The position numbers and the translations under genes are program-made. 64,000 bases of DNA, from positions 47,182,001-47,246,000 of the forward strand of contig OZ024744.1 in NCBI GenBank assembly GCA_964016885.1, read 5' to 3'. This stretch comes from Eledone cirrhosa (lineage: Eukaryota). Below the pieces are notes generated by a model that ran no database searches, had not been told where the DNA came from, and saw nothing but the letters and a program-made list of their open reading frames with translations. Shown piece by piece: positions 1 through 12,700 of the stretch; the stretch's first letter is position 1, and every line of letters begins with the position of its first letter.

Positions 1-1084
1 GCTGGGTGCTTTTTGCTGTGTCTTTCACATGTCCACTTCACAGTGTGGGCTGGGTGCTTTTTGCTGTGTCTTTCACACGTCCACTTTACAGTTTGGGCTG
101 GTTGCTTTTTGCTGTGTCTTTCACATGTCCACTTTACAGTGTGGGCTGGGTGCTTTTTGCTGTGTCTTTCACATGTCCACTTTACAGTGTGGGCTGGGTG
201 CTTTTTGCTGTGTCTTTCACATGTCCACTTTACAGTGTGGGCTGGGTGCTTTTTGCTGTGTCTTTCACATGTCCACTTTACAATGTGGGCTGGGTGATTT
301 TTGCTGTGTCTTTCACATGTCCACTTTACAGTGTGGGGTGGGTGCTTTTTGCAGTGTCTTTCACACGTCCACTTTACAGTGTGGGCTGGGTGCTTTTTGT
401 TGTATCTTTCTCACGTCCACTTTACAGTGTGGGCTGGGTGCTTTTTGCTGTGTCTTTCACATGTCCACTTTACAGTGTGGGCTGGGTACTTTTTGCTGTG
501 TCTTTCACATGTCCACTTTACAGTGTGGGCTGGGTGCTTTTTGCTGTGTCTTTCACATGTCCACTTCACAGTGTGGGCTGGGTGCTTTTTGCTGTGTCTT
601 TCACATGTCCACTTTACAGTGTGGGCTGGGTGCTTTTTGCTGTGTCTTTCATATGTCCACTTTACAGTGTGGGCTGGGTGCTTTTTGTTGTGTCTTTCAC
701 ATGTCCACTTTACAGTGTGGGCTGGGTGCTTTTTGCTGTGTCTTTCACATGTCCACTTTACAATGTGGGCTGGGTGCTTTTTGCTGTGTCTTTCACATGT
801 CCACTTTACAATGTGGGCTGGGTGATTTTTGCTGTGTCTTTCACATGTCCACTTTACAGTGTGGGCTGGGTGCTTTTCGCTGTGTCTTTCACATGTCCAC
901 TTTACAGTGTGGGCTGGGTGCTTTTTGCTGTGTCTTTCACATGTCCACTTTACAGTGTGGGGTGGGTGCTTTTTGCAGTGTCTTTCACACGTCCACTTTA
1001 CAGTGTGGGCTGGGTGCTTTTTGCTGTGTCTTTCACATGTCCACTTTACAGTGTGGGCTGGGTGCTTTTTGCTGTGTCTTTCAC

Positions 1085-2810
1085 ATGTCCACTTCACAGT
1101 GTGGGCTGGGTACTTTTTGCTCTGTCTTTCACACGTCCACTTTACAGTTTGGGCTGGGTGCTTTTTGCTGTGTCTTTCACATGTCCACTTTACAGTGTGG
1201 GCTGGGTGCTTTTTGCCGTGTCATTCACATGTCCACTTTACAGTGTGGGCTGGGTGCTTTTTGCTGTGTCTTTCACATGTCCACTTTATAGTGTGGGCTG
1301 GGTGCTTTTTGCTGTGTCTTTCACATGTCCACTTTACAATGTGGGCTGGGTGCTTTTTGCTGTGTCTTTCACATGTCCACTCTATAGTGTGGGCTGGGTG
1401 CTTTTTGCAGTGTCTTTCACACGTCCACTTTACAGTGTGGGCTGGGTGCTTTTTGCTGTGTCTTTCACATGTCCACTTTACAATGTGGACTGGGTGCTTT
1501 TTGCTGTGTCTTTCACATGTCCACTTTACAGTGTGGGGTGTGTGCTTCTTGCAGTGTCTTTCACACGTCCACTTTACAGTGTGGGCTGGGTGCTTTTTGC
1601 TGTGTCTTTCACATGTCCACTTTACAGTGTGGGCTGGGTGCTTTTTGCTGTGTCTTTCACATGTCCACTTTACAGTGTGGGCTGGGTGCTTTTTGCTGTG
1701 TCTTTCACATGTCCACTTTACAGTGTGGGCTGGGTGCTTTTTTCAGTGTCTTTCACATGTCCACTTTACAGTGTGGGCTGGGTGCTTTTTGCTGTGTCTT
1801 TCACATGTCCACTTTACAATGTGGGCTGGGTGCTTTTTGCTGTGTCTTTCACATGTCCACTTTACAGTGTGGGCTGGGTGCTTTTTGCTGTGTCTTTCAC
1901 ATGTCCACTTCACAGTGTGGGCTGGGTGCTTTTTGCTGTGTCTTTCACATGTCCACTTTACAGTGTGGGCTGGGTGCTTTTTGCTGTGTCTTTCACATGT
2001 CCACTTTACAGTGTGGGCTGTGTGCTTTTTGCTGTGTCTTTCACATGTCCACTTTACAGTGTGGGCTGGGTGCTTTTTGCTGTGTCTTTCACATGTCCAC
2101 TTTACAATGTGGGCTGGGTGCTTTTTGCTGTGTCTTTCACATGTCCACTTTACAATGTGGGCTGGGTGCTTTTTGCTGTGTCTTTCACATGTCCACTTTA
2201 CAGTGTGGGCTGGGTGCTTTTTGCTGTGTCTTTCACATGTCCACTTCACAGTGTGGGCTGGGTACTTTTTGCTGTGTCTTTCACACGTCCACTTTACAGT
2301 TTGGGCTGGGTGCTTTTTGCTGTGTCTTTCACATGTCCACTTTACAGTGTGGGCTGGGTGCTTTTTGCTGTCATTCACATGTCCACTTTACAGTGTGGGC
2401 TGGGTGCTTTTTGCTGTGTCTTTCACATGTCCACTTTATAGTGTGGGCTGGGTGCTTTTTGCTGTGTCTTTCACATGTCCACTTTACAATGTGGGCTGGG
2501 TGCTTTTTGCTGTGTCTTTCACATGTCCACTCTATAGTGTGGGCTGGGTGCTTTTTGCAGTGTCTTTCACACGTCCACTTTACAGTGTGGGCTGGGTGCT
2601 TTTTGCTGTGTCTTTCACATGTCCACTTTACAATGTGGACTGGGTGCTTTTTGCTGTGTCTTTCACATGTCCACTTTACAGTGTGGGGTGTGTGCTTCTT
2701 GCAGTGTCTTTCACACGTCCACTTTACAGTGTGGGCTGGGTGCTTTTTGCTGTGTCTTTCACATGTCCACTTTACAGTGTGGGCTGGGTGCTTTTTGCTG
2801 TGTCTTTCAC
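1085..2810 (+). repeat. Repeated variant block, ~1085-1660 recurring at ~2235-2810 (offset 1150 bp = 24x48-2 after the 2-bp deletion near 2369)
   Basis: Rare variants recur in the same order: gtcattcac (~1221/2371), ctctatag (~1380/2530), caatgtggac (1481/2631). ORF starts 1469 and 2619 are also 1150 apart. Confidence 0.85.
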
Positions 2811-4400
2811 ATATCCACTTTACAGTGTGGGCTGGGTGCTTTTTGCTGAGTCTTTCACACGTCCACTTTACAGTGTGGGCTGGGTGCTTTTGCTGTGTCT
2901 TTCACACGTCCACTTTACAGTGTGGACTGGGTGCTTTTTGCTGTGTCTTTCAAATGTCCACTTTACAATGTGGGCTGGGTGCTTTTTGCTGTGTCTTTCA
3001 CATGTCCACTTTACAGTGTGGGCTGGATGCTTCTTGCAGTGTCTTTCACACGTCCACTTTACAGTGTGGGCTGGGTGCTTTTTGCTGTGTCTTTCACATG
3101 TCCACTTTATAGTGTGGGCTGGGTGCTTTTTGCAGTGTCTTTCACACGTCCACTTTACAGTGTGGGCTGGGTGCTTTTTGCTGTGTCTTTCACATGTCCA
3201 CTTTACAATGTGGGCTGGGTGCTTTTTGCTGTGTCTTTCACATGTCCACTTTACAATGTGGGCTGTGTGCTTCTTGCAGTGTCTTTCACACGTCCACTTT
3301 ACAGTGTGGGCTGGGTGCTTTTTGCTGTGTCTTTCACATGTCCACTTTACAGTGTGGGCTGGGTGCTTTTTGCTGTGTCTTTCACATGTCCACTTTACAG
3401 TGTGGGCTGGGTGCTTTTTGCTGTGTCTTTCACATGTCCATTTTACAATGTGAGCTGGGTGCTTTTTGATGTGTCTTTCACATGTCCACTTTACAGTGTG
3501 GGCTGGGTGCTAGGTTGCTGTGTCTTTCTCACGTCCACTTTACAGTGTGGGCTGGGTGCTTTTTGCTGTGTCTTTCACATGTCCACTTTACAGTGCGGGC
3601 TAGGTGCTTTTTTCAGTGTCTTTCACACGTCCACTTTACATTGTGGGCTGGGTGCTTCTTGCTGTGTCTTTCTCACGTCCACTTTACAGTGTGGGCTGGG
3701 TGCTTTTTGCTGTGTCTTTCACATGTCCACTTTACAGTGTGGGCTGGGTGCTTTTTTCAGTGTCTTTCACATGTCCACTTTACAGCGTGGGTTGGGCGCT
3801 TTTTGCAGTGTCTTTCAAACGTCAACTTTACAGTGTGGGCTGGGTGCTTTTTACTGTGTCTTTCACATGTCCACTTTACAGTGTGGGCTGTGTGCTTGTT
3901 GCTGTGTCTTTCTCACGTCCACTTTACAGTGTGGGCTGGGTGCTTTTTGCTGTGTCTTTCACATGTCCACTTTACAGTGTGGGCTGAGTGCTTTTTTCAG
4001 TGTCTTTCACACGTCCACTTTACAGTGTGGGCTGGGTGCTTTTTGTTGTGTCTTTCTCACGTCCACTTTACAGTGTGGGCTGGGTGCTTTTTGCTGTGTC
4101 TTTCACATGTCCACTTTACAGTGTGGGCTGGGTGATTTTTGCTGTGTCTTTCACATGTCCACTTTACAGTGTCGGCTGGGTGCTTTTTGCTGTGTCTTTC
4201 ACGTTTCCACTTCACAGTGTGGGCTGGGTGCTTTTTGCTGTGTCTTTCACATGTCCACTTTACAGTGTGGGCTGGGTGCTTTTTGCTGTGTCTTTCACAT
4301 GTCCACTTTACAGTGTGGGCTGGGTGCTTTTTGCTGTGTCTTTCACATGTCCACTTTACAGTGTGGGCTGGGTGCTTTTTGCTGTGTCTTTCACATGTTC

Positions 4401-6320
4401 ACTTTACAATGTGGGCTGGGTGCTTTTTGCTGTGTCTTTCACATGTCCACTTTACAATGTGGGCTGGGTGCTTTTTGCTGTGTCTTTCACATGTCCACTT
4501 TACAGTGTGGGCTGGGTGCTTTTTGCTTTGTCTTTCACATGTCCACTTTACAGTGTGGGCTGGGTGCTTTTTGCAGTGTCTTTCACACGTCCACTTTACA
4601 GTGTGGGCTGGGTGCTTTTTGTTGTGTCTTTCACATGTCCACTTTACAGTGTGGGCTGTGTGCTTTTTGCAGTGTCTTTCATACGTCAACTTTACAGTGT
4701 GGGCTGGGTGCTTTTTGCTGTGTCTTTCACATGTCTATTTCACAGTGTGGGCTGGGTGCTTTTTGCTGTGTCTTTCACATGTCCACTTTACAGTGTGGGC
4801 TGGGTGCTTTTTGCTGTGTCTTTCATATGTCCACTTTACAGTGTGGGCTGGGTGCTTTTTTCAGTGTCTTTCACATGTCCACTTCACGGTGTGGGCGGGC
4901 TAATTTTTGCTGTGTCTTTCACATGTCCACTTTACAATGTGGGCTGGGTGCTTTTTGCTGTATCTTTCAAATGTCCACTTTACAATGTGGGCTGGGTGCT
5001 TTTTGCTGTGTCTTTCACATGTCCACTTTACAGTGTGGGCTGGATGCTTCTTGCAGTGTCTTTCACACGTCCACTTTACATTGTGGGCTGGGTGCTTGTT
5101 GCTGTGTCTTTCTCACGTCCACTTTACAGTGTGGGCTGGGTGCTTTTTGCTGTGTCTTTCACATGTCCACTTTACAGTGTGGGTTGGGTGCTTTTTTCAG
5201 TGTCTTTCACATGTCCACTTTACAGTGTGGGCTGGGCGCTTTTTGCAGTGTCTTTCAAACTTCAACTTTACAGTGTGGGCTGGGTGCTTTTTACTGTGTC
5301 TTTCACATGTCCACTTTACAGTGTGGGCTGTGTGCTTGTTGCTGTGTCTTTCTCACGTCCACTTTACAATGTGGGCTGGGTGCTTTTTGCTGTGTCTTTC
5401 ACATGTCCACTTTACAATGTGGGCTGGGTGCTTTTTGCTGTGTCTTTCACATGTCCACTTTACAGTGTGGGCTGGGTGCTTTTTGCTTTGTCTTTCACAT
5501 GTCCACTTTACAGTGTGGGCTGGGTGCTTTTTGCAGTGTCTTTCACACGTCCACTTTACAGTGTGGGCTGGGTGCTTTTTGTTGTGTCTTTCACATGTCC
5601 ACTTTACAGTGTGGGCTGTGTGCTTTTTGCAGTGTCTTTCATACGTCAACTTTACAGTGTGGGCTGGGTGCTTTTTGCTGTGTCTTTCACATGTCTATTT
5701 CACAGTGTGGGCTGGGTGCTTTTTGCTGTGTCTTTCACATGTCCACTTTACAGTGTGGGCTGGGTGCTTTTTGCTGTGTCTTTCATATGTCCACTTTACA
5801 GTGTGGGCTGGGTGCTTTTTTCAGTGTCTTTCACATGTCCACTTCACGGTGTGGGCGGGCTAATTTTTGCTGTGTCTTTCACATGTCCACTTTACAATGT
5901 GGGCTGGGTGCTTTTTGCTGTATCTTTCAAATGTCCACTTTACAATGTGGGCTGGGTGCTTTTTGCTGTGTCTTTCACATGTCCACTTTACAGTGTGGGC
6001 TGGATGCTTCTTGCAGTGTCTTTCACACGTCCACTTTACATTGTGGGCTGGGTGCTTGTTGCTGTGTCTTTCTCACGTCCACTTTACAGTGTGGGCTGGG
6101 TGCTTTTTGCTGTGTCTTTCACATGTCCACTTTACAGTGTGGGTTGGGTGCTTTTTTCAGTGTCTTTCACATGTCCACTTTACAGTGTGGGCTGGGCGCT
6201 TTTTGCAGTGTCTTTCAAACTTCAACTTTACAGTGTGGGCTGGGTGCTTTTTACTGTGTCTTTCACATGTCCACTTTACAGTGTGGGCTGTGTGCTTGTT
6301 GCTGTGTCTTTCTCACGTCC
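4401..6320 (+). repeat. Tandem duplication of a 960-bp (20-monomer) higher-order unit
   Basis: Lines 4441-5340 match 5401-6300, including private variants gctttg, catacgtcaac, gggcgggctaat and caaacttcaac. ORF starts 4907 and 5867 are 960 apart. Confidence 0.93.
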
Positions 6321-9300
6321 ACTTTACAGTGTGGGCTGGGTGCCTTTTGCTGTGTCTTTCACATGTCCACTTTACAGTGTGGGCTGGGTGCTTTTTTCAG
6401 TGTCTTTCACACGTCCACTTTACAGTGTGGGCTGGGTGCTTTTTGTTGTATCTTTCTCACGTCCACTTTACAGTGTGGGCTGGGTGCTTTTTGCTGTGTC
6501 TTTCACATGTCCACTTTACAGTGTGGGCTGGGTGCTTTTTGCTGTGTCTTTCACATGTCCACTTCACAGTGTGGGCTGGGTGCTTTTTGCTGTGTCTTTC
6601 ACATGTCCACTTTACAGTGTGGGCTGGGTGCTTTTTGCTGTGTCTTTCATATGTCCACTTTACAGTGTGGGCTGGGTGCTTTTTGCTGTGTCTTTCACAT
6701 GTCCACTTTACATTGTGGGCTGGGTGCTTTTCGCTGTGTCTTTCACATGTCCACTTTACAGTGTGGGCTGGGTGCTTTTTGCTGTGTCTTTCACATGTCC
6801 ACTTTACAGTGTGGGGTGGGTGCTTTTTGCAGTGTCTTTCACACGTCCACTTTACAGTGTGGGCTGGGTGCTTTTTGCTGTGTCTTTCACATGTCCACTT
6901 TACAGTGTGGGCTGTGTGCTTTTTGCAGTGTCTTTCACACGTCAACTTTACAGTGTGGGCTGGGTGCTTTTTGCTGTATCTTTCAAATGTCCACTTTACA
7001 ATGTGGGCTGGGTGCTTTTTGCTGTGTCTTTCACATGTCCACTTTACAGTGTGGGCTGGATGCTTCTTGCAGTGTCTTTCACACGTCCACTTTACATTGT
7101 GGGCTGGGTGCTTGTTGCTGTGTCTTTCTCACGTCCACTTTACAGTGTGGGCTGGGTGCTTTTTGCTGTGTCTTTCACATGTCCACTTTACAGTGTGGGC
7201 TGGGTGCTTTTTTCAGTGTCTTTCACATGTCCACTTTACAGTGTGGGCTGGGCGCTTTTTGCAGTGTCTTTCAAACTTCAACTTTACAGTGTGGGCTGGG
7301 TGCTTTTTACTGTGTCTTTCACATGTCCACTTTACAGTGTGGGCTGTGTGCTTGTTGCTGTGTCTTTCTCACGTCCACTTTACAGTGTGGGCTGGGTGCT
7401 TTTTGCTGTGTCTTTCACATGTCCACTTTACAGTGTGGGCACGGTGCTTTTTTCAGTGTCTTTCACATGTCCACTTTACAGTGTGGGCTGGGTGCTTTTT
7501 GCTGTGTCTTTCACATGTCCACTTTACAGTGTGGGCTGGGTGCTTTTTGCTGTGTCTTTCACATGTCCACTTCACAGTGTGGGCTGGGTGCTTTTTGCTG
7601 TGTCTTTCACATGTCCACTTTACAGTGTGGGCTGGGTGCTTTTTGCTGTGTCTTTCATATGTCCACTTTACAGTGTGGGCTGGGTGCTTTTTGTTGTGTC
7701 TTTCACATGTCCACTTTACAGTGTGGGCTGGGTGCTTTTTGCTGTGTCTTTCACATGTCCACTTTACAATGTGGGCTGGGTGCTTTTTGCTGTGTCTTTC
7801 ACATGTCCACTTTACAATGTGGGCTGGGTGATTTTTGCTGTGTCTTTCACATGTCCACTTTACAGTGTGGGCTGGGTGCTTTTCGCTGTGTCTTTCACAT
7901 GTCCACTTTACAGTGTGGGCTGGGTGCTTTTTGCTGTGTCTTTCACATGTCCACTTTACAGTGTGGGGTGGGTGCTTTTTGCAGTGTCTTTCACACGTCC
8001 ACTTTACAGTGTGGGCTGGGTGCTTTTTGTTGTATCTTTCTCACGTCCACTTTACAGTGTGGGCTGGGTGCTTTTTGCTGTGTCTTTCACATGTCCACTT
8101 TACAGTGTGGGCTGGGTGCTTTTTGCTGTGTCTTTCACATGTCCACTTTACAGTGTGGGCTGGGTGCTTTTTGCTGTGTCTTTCACATGTCCACTTCACA
8201 GTGTGGGCTGGGTGCTTTTTGCTGTGTCTTTCACATGTCCACTTTACAGTGTGGGCTGGGTGCTTTTTGCTGTGTCTTTCACATGTCCACTTTACAATGT
8301 GGGCTGGGTGCTTTTTGCTGTGTCTTTCACATGTCCACTTTACAATGTGGGCTGGGTGATTTTTGCTGTGTCTTTCACATGTCCACTTTACAGTGTGGGC
8401 TGGGTGCTTTTCGCTGTGTCTTTCACATGTCCACTTTACAGTGTGGGCTGGGTGCTTTTTGCTGTGTCTTTCACATGTCCACTTTACAGTGTGGGGTGGG
8501 TGCTTTTTGCAGTGTCTTTCACACGTACACTTTACAGTGTGGGCTGGGTGCTTTTTGCTGTGTCTTTCACATGTCCACTTTACAGTGTGGGCTGTGTGCT
8601 TTTTGCAGTGTCTTTCACACGTCAACTTTACAGTGTGGCCTGGGTGCTTTTTGCTGTGTCTTTCACATGTCTATTTCACAGTGTGGGCTGGGTGCTTTTT
8701 GCTGTGTCTTTCACATTTCCACTTTACAGTGTGGGCTGGGTGCTTTTTGCTGTGTCTTTCATATGTCCACTTTACAGTGTGGGCTGGGTCCTTTTTTCAG
8801 TGTCTTTCACATGTCCACTTCACGGTGTGGGCGGGGTGATTTTTGCTGTGTCTTTCACATGTCCACTTTACAGTGTGGGCTGGGTGCTTTTTTCAGTGTC
8901 TTTCACATGTCCACTTTACAGTGTGGGCTGGGCGCTTTTTGCAGTGTCTTTCAAACTTCAACTTTACAGTGTGGGCTGGGTGCTTTTTACTGTGTCTTTC
9001 ACATGTCCACTTTACAGTGTGGGCTGTGTGCTTGTTGCTGTGTCTTTCTCACGTCCACTTTACAGTGTGGGCTGGGTGCTTTTTGCTGTGTCTTTCACAT
9101 GTCCACTTTACAGTGTGGGCACGGTGCTTTTTTCAGTGTCTTTCACACGTCCACTTTACAGTGTGGGCTGGGTGCTTTTTGTTGTATCTTTCTCACGTCC
9201 ACTTTACAGTGTGGGCTGGGTGCTTTTTGCTGTGTCTTTCACATGTCCACTTTACAGTGTGGGCTGGGTGCTTTTTGCTGTGTCTTTCACATGTCCACTT

Positions 9301-9799
9301 TACAGTGTGGGCTGGGTGCTTTTTGCTGTGTCTTTCACATGTCCACTTCACAGTGTGGGCTGGGTGCTTTTTGCTGTGTCTTTCACATGTCCACTTTACA
9401 GTGTGGGCTGGGTGCTTTTTGCTGTGTCTTTCATATGTCCACTTTACAGTGTGGGCTGGGTGCTTTTTGTTGTGTCTTTCACATGTCCACTTTACAGTGT
9501 GGGCTGGGTGCTTTTTGCTGTGTCTTTCACATGTCCACTTTACAATGTGGGCTGGGTGCTTTTTGCTGTGTCTTTCACATGTCCACTTTACAATGTGGGC
9601 TGGGTGATTTTTGCTGTGTCTTTCACATGTCCACTTTACAGTGTGGGCTGGGTGCTTTTCGCTGTGTCTTTCACATGTCCACTTTACAGTGTGGGCTGGG
9701 TGCTTTTTGCTGTGTCTTTCACATGTCCACTTTACAGTGTGGGCTGGGTGCTTTTTGCTGTGTCTTTCACATGTCCACTTTACAGTGTGGGCTGGGTGC

Positions 9800-12700
9800 T
9801 TTTCGCTGTGTCTTTCACATGTCCACTTTACAGTGTGGGCTGGGTGCTTTTTGCAGTGTCTTTCACACGTCCACTTTACAGTGTGGGCTGGGTGCTTTTT
9901 GTTGTATCTTTCTCACGTCCACTTTACAGTGTGGGCTGGGTGCTTTTTGCTGTGTCTTTCACATGTCCACTTTACAGTGTGGGCTGGGTGCTTTTTGCTG
10001 TGTCTTTCACATGTCCACTTTACAGTGTGGGCTGGGTGCTTTTTGCTGTGTCTTTCACATGTCCACTTCACAGTGTGGGCTGGGTGCTTTTTGCTGTGTC
10101 TTTCACATGTCCACTTTACAGTGTGGGCTGGGTGCTTTTTGCTGTGTCTTTCATATGTCCACTTTACAGTGTGGGCTGGGTGCTTTTTGTTGTGTCTTTC
10201 ACATGTCCACTTTACAGTGTGGGCTGGGTGCTTTTTGCTGTGTCTTTCACATGTCCACTTTACAATGTGGGCTGGGTGCTTTTTGCTGTGTCTTTCACAT
10301 GTCCACTTTACAATGTGGGCTGGGTGATTTTTGCTGTGTCTTTCACATGTCCACTTTACAGTGTGGGCTGGGTGCTTTTCGCTGTGTCTTTCACATGTCC
10401 ACTTTACAGTGTGGGCTGGGTGCTTTTTGCTGTGTCTTTCACATGTCCACTTTACAGTGTGGGGTGGGTGCTTTTTGCAGTGTCTTTCACACGTACACTT
10501 TACAGTGTGGGCTGGGTGCTTTTTGCTGTGTCTTTCACATGTCCACTTTACAGTGTGGGCTGTGTGCTTTTTGCAGTGTCTTTCACACGTCAACTTTACA
10601 GTGTGGCCTGGGTGCTTTTTGCTGTGTCTTTCACATGTCTATTTCACAGTGTGGGCTGGGTGCTTTTTGCTGTGTCTTTCACATTTCCACTTTACAGTGT
10701 GGGCTGGGTGCTTTTTGCTGTGTCTTTCATATGTCCACTTTACAGTGTGGGCTGGGTCCTTTTCTCAGTGTCTTTCACATGTCCACTTCACGGTGTGGGC
10801 GGGGTGATTTTTGCTGTGTCTTTCACATGTCCACTTTACAATGTGGGCTGGGTGCTTTTTGCTGTATCTTTCAAATGTCCACTTTACAATGTGGGCTGGG
10901 TGCTTTTTGCTGTGTCTTTCACATGTCCACTTTACAGTGTGGGCTGGGCGCTTTTTGCAGTGTCTTTCAAACGTCAACTTTACAGTGTGGGCTGGGTGCT
11001 TTTTACTGTGTCTTTCACATGTCCACTTTACAGTGTGGGCTGGGTGATTTTTGCTGTGTCTTTCACATGTCCACTTCACAGTGTGGGCTGGGTGCTTTTT
11101 GCTGTGTCTTTCACATGTCCACTTTACAGTGTGGGCTGGGTGCTTTTTGCTGTGTCTTTCACATGTCCACTTTACAGTGTGGGCTGTGTGCTTTTTGCTG
11201 TGTCTTTCACATGTCCACTTTACAGTGTGGGCTGGGTGCTTTTTGCTGTGTCTTTCACATGTCCACTTTACAGTGTGGGCTGGGTGCTTTTTGCTGTGTC
11301 TTTCACATGTCCACTTTACAGTGTGGGCTGGGTGCTTTTTGCTGTGTCTTTCACATGTCCATCTTACAATGTGAGCTGGGTGCTTTTTGCTGTGTCTTTC
11401 ACATGTCCACTTTACAGTGTGGGCTGGGTGCTTGTTGCTGTGTCTTTCTCACGTCCGCTTTACAGTGTGGGCTGGGTGCTTTTTGCTGTGTCTTTCACAT
11501 GTCCACTTTACAGTGCGGGCTAGGTGCTTTTTTCAGTGTCTTTCACACGTCCACTTTACATTGTGGGCTGGGTGCTTGTTGCTGTGTCTTTCTCACGTCC
11601 ACCTTACAGTGTGGGCTGGGTGCTTTTTGCTGTGTCTTTCACATGTCCACTTTACATTGTGGACTGGGTGCTTTTTTCAGTGTCTTTCACATGTCAACTT
11701 TACAGTGAGGGCTGGGTGCTTTTTGCTGTGTCTTTCACATGTCCACTTTACAGTGTGGGCTGGGTGCTTTTTGCTGTGTCTTTCACATATCCACTTTACA
11801 GTGTGGGCTGGGTGCTTTTTGCTGAGTCTTTCACACGTCCACTTTACAGTGTGGGCTGGGTGCTTTTTGCTGTGTCTTTCACACGTCCACTTTACAGTGT
11901 GGGCCGGGTGCTTTTTGCTGTGTCTTTCACATGTCCACTTTACAATGTGGGCTGGGTGCTTTTTGCTGTTTCTTTCAAACGTCAACTTTACAGTGTGGGC
12001 TGGGTGCTTTTTACTGTGTCTTTCACATGTCCACTTTACAGTGTGGGCTGGGTGCTTTTTGCTGTGTCTTTCACATGTCCACTTTACAGTGTGGGCTGGG
12101 TGCTTTTTGCTGTGTCTTTCACATGTCCACTTTACAGTGTGGGCTGGGTGCTTTTTGCTGTGTCTTTCACATGTCCACTTCACAGTGTGGGTTGGGTGCT
12201 TTTTGCTGTGTCTTTCACATGTCCACTTTACAGTGTGGGCTGGGTGCTTTTTGCTGTGTCTTTCATATGTCCACTTTACAGTGTGGGCTGGGTGCTTTTT
12301 GTTGTGTCTTTCACATGTCCACTTTACAGTGTGGGCTGGGTGCTTTTTGCTGTGTCTTTCACATGTCCACTTTACAATGTGGGCTGGGTGCTTTTTGCTG
12401 TGTCTTTCACATGTCCACTTTACAATGTGGGCTGGGTGATTTTTGCTGTGTCTTTCACATGTCCACTTTACAGTGTGGGCTGGGTGCTTTTTCTGTGTCT
12501 TTCACATGTCCACTTTACAGTGTGGGCTGGGTGCTTTTTGCTGTGTCTTTCACATGTCCACTTTACAGTGTGGGGTGGGTGCTTTTTGCAGTGTCTTTCA
12601 CACGTCCACTTTACAGTGTGGGCTGGGTGCTTTTTGTTGTATCTTTCTCACGTCCACTTTACAGTGTGGGCTGGGTGCTTTTTGCTGTGTCTTTCACATG

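Noticed and set aside
1-8. Chi site (GCTGGTGG)
   Set aside because: The sequence is GCTGGGTG, not an exact Chi, and nothing suggests a bacterial context.
10-39. Phased T-tract DNA curvature or intrinsic terminator
   Set aside because: T-tract centres are spaced about 12, 14 and 22 bp, not ~10.5, and two tracts are only T3. The hairpins have 4-bp stems and do not directly precede the T5 run.
47-102. G-quadruplex array from GGGCTGGG
   Set aside because: Each monomer has only two G3 tracts and a 40-nt gap to the next pair, so it is not a canonical intramolecular G4.
411-1097. - strand repeat HTVKWTCERHSKKHPA as a C2H2 zinc-finger array
   Set aside because: The period is 16 aa rather than 28, with one Cys per unit, no CxxC...HxxxH spacing and no TGEKP linker. 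The frame is interrupted by frequent TGA variants.
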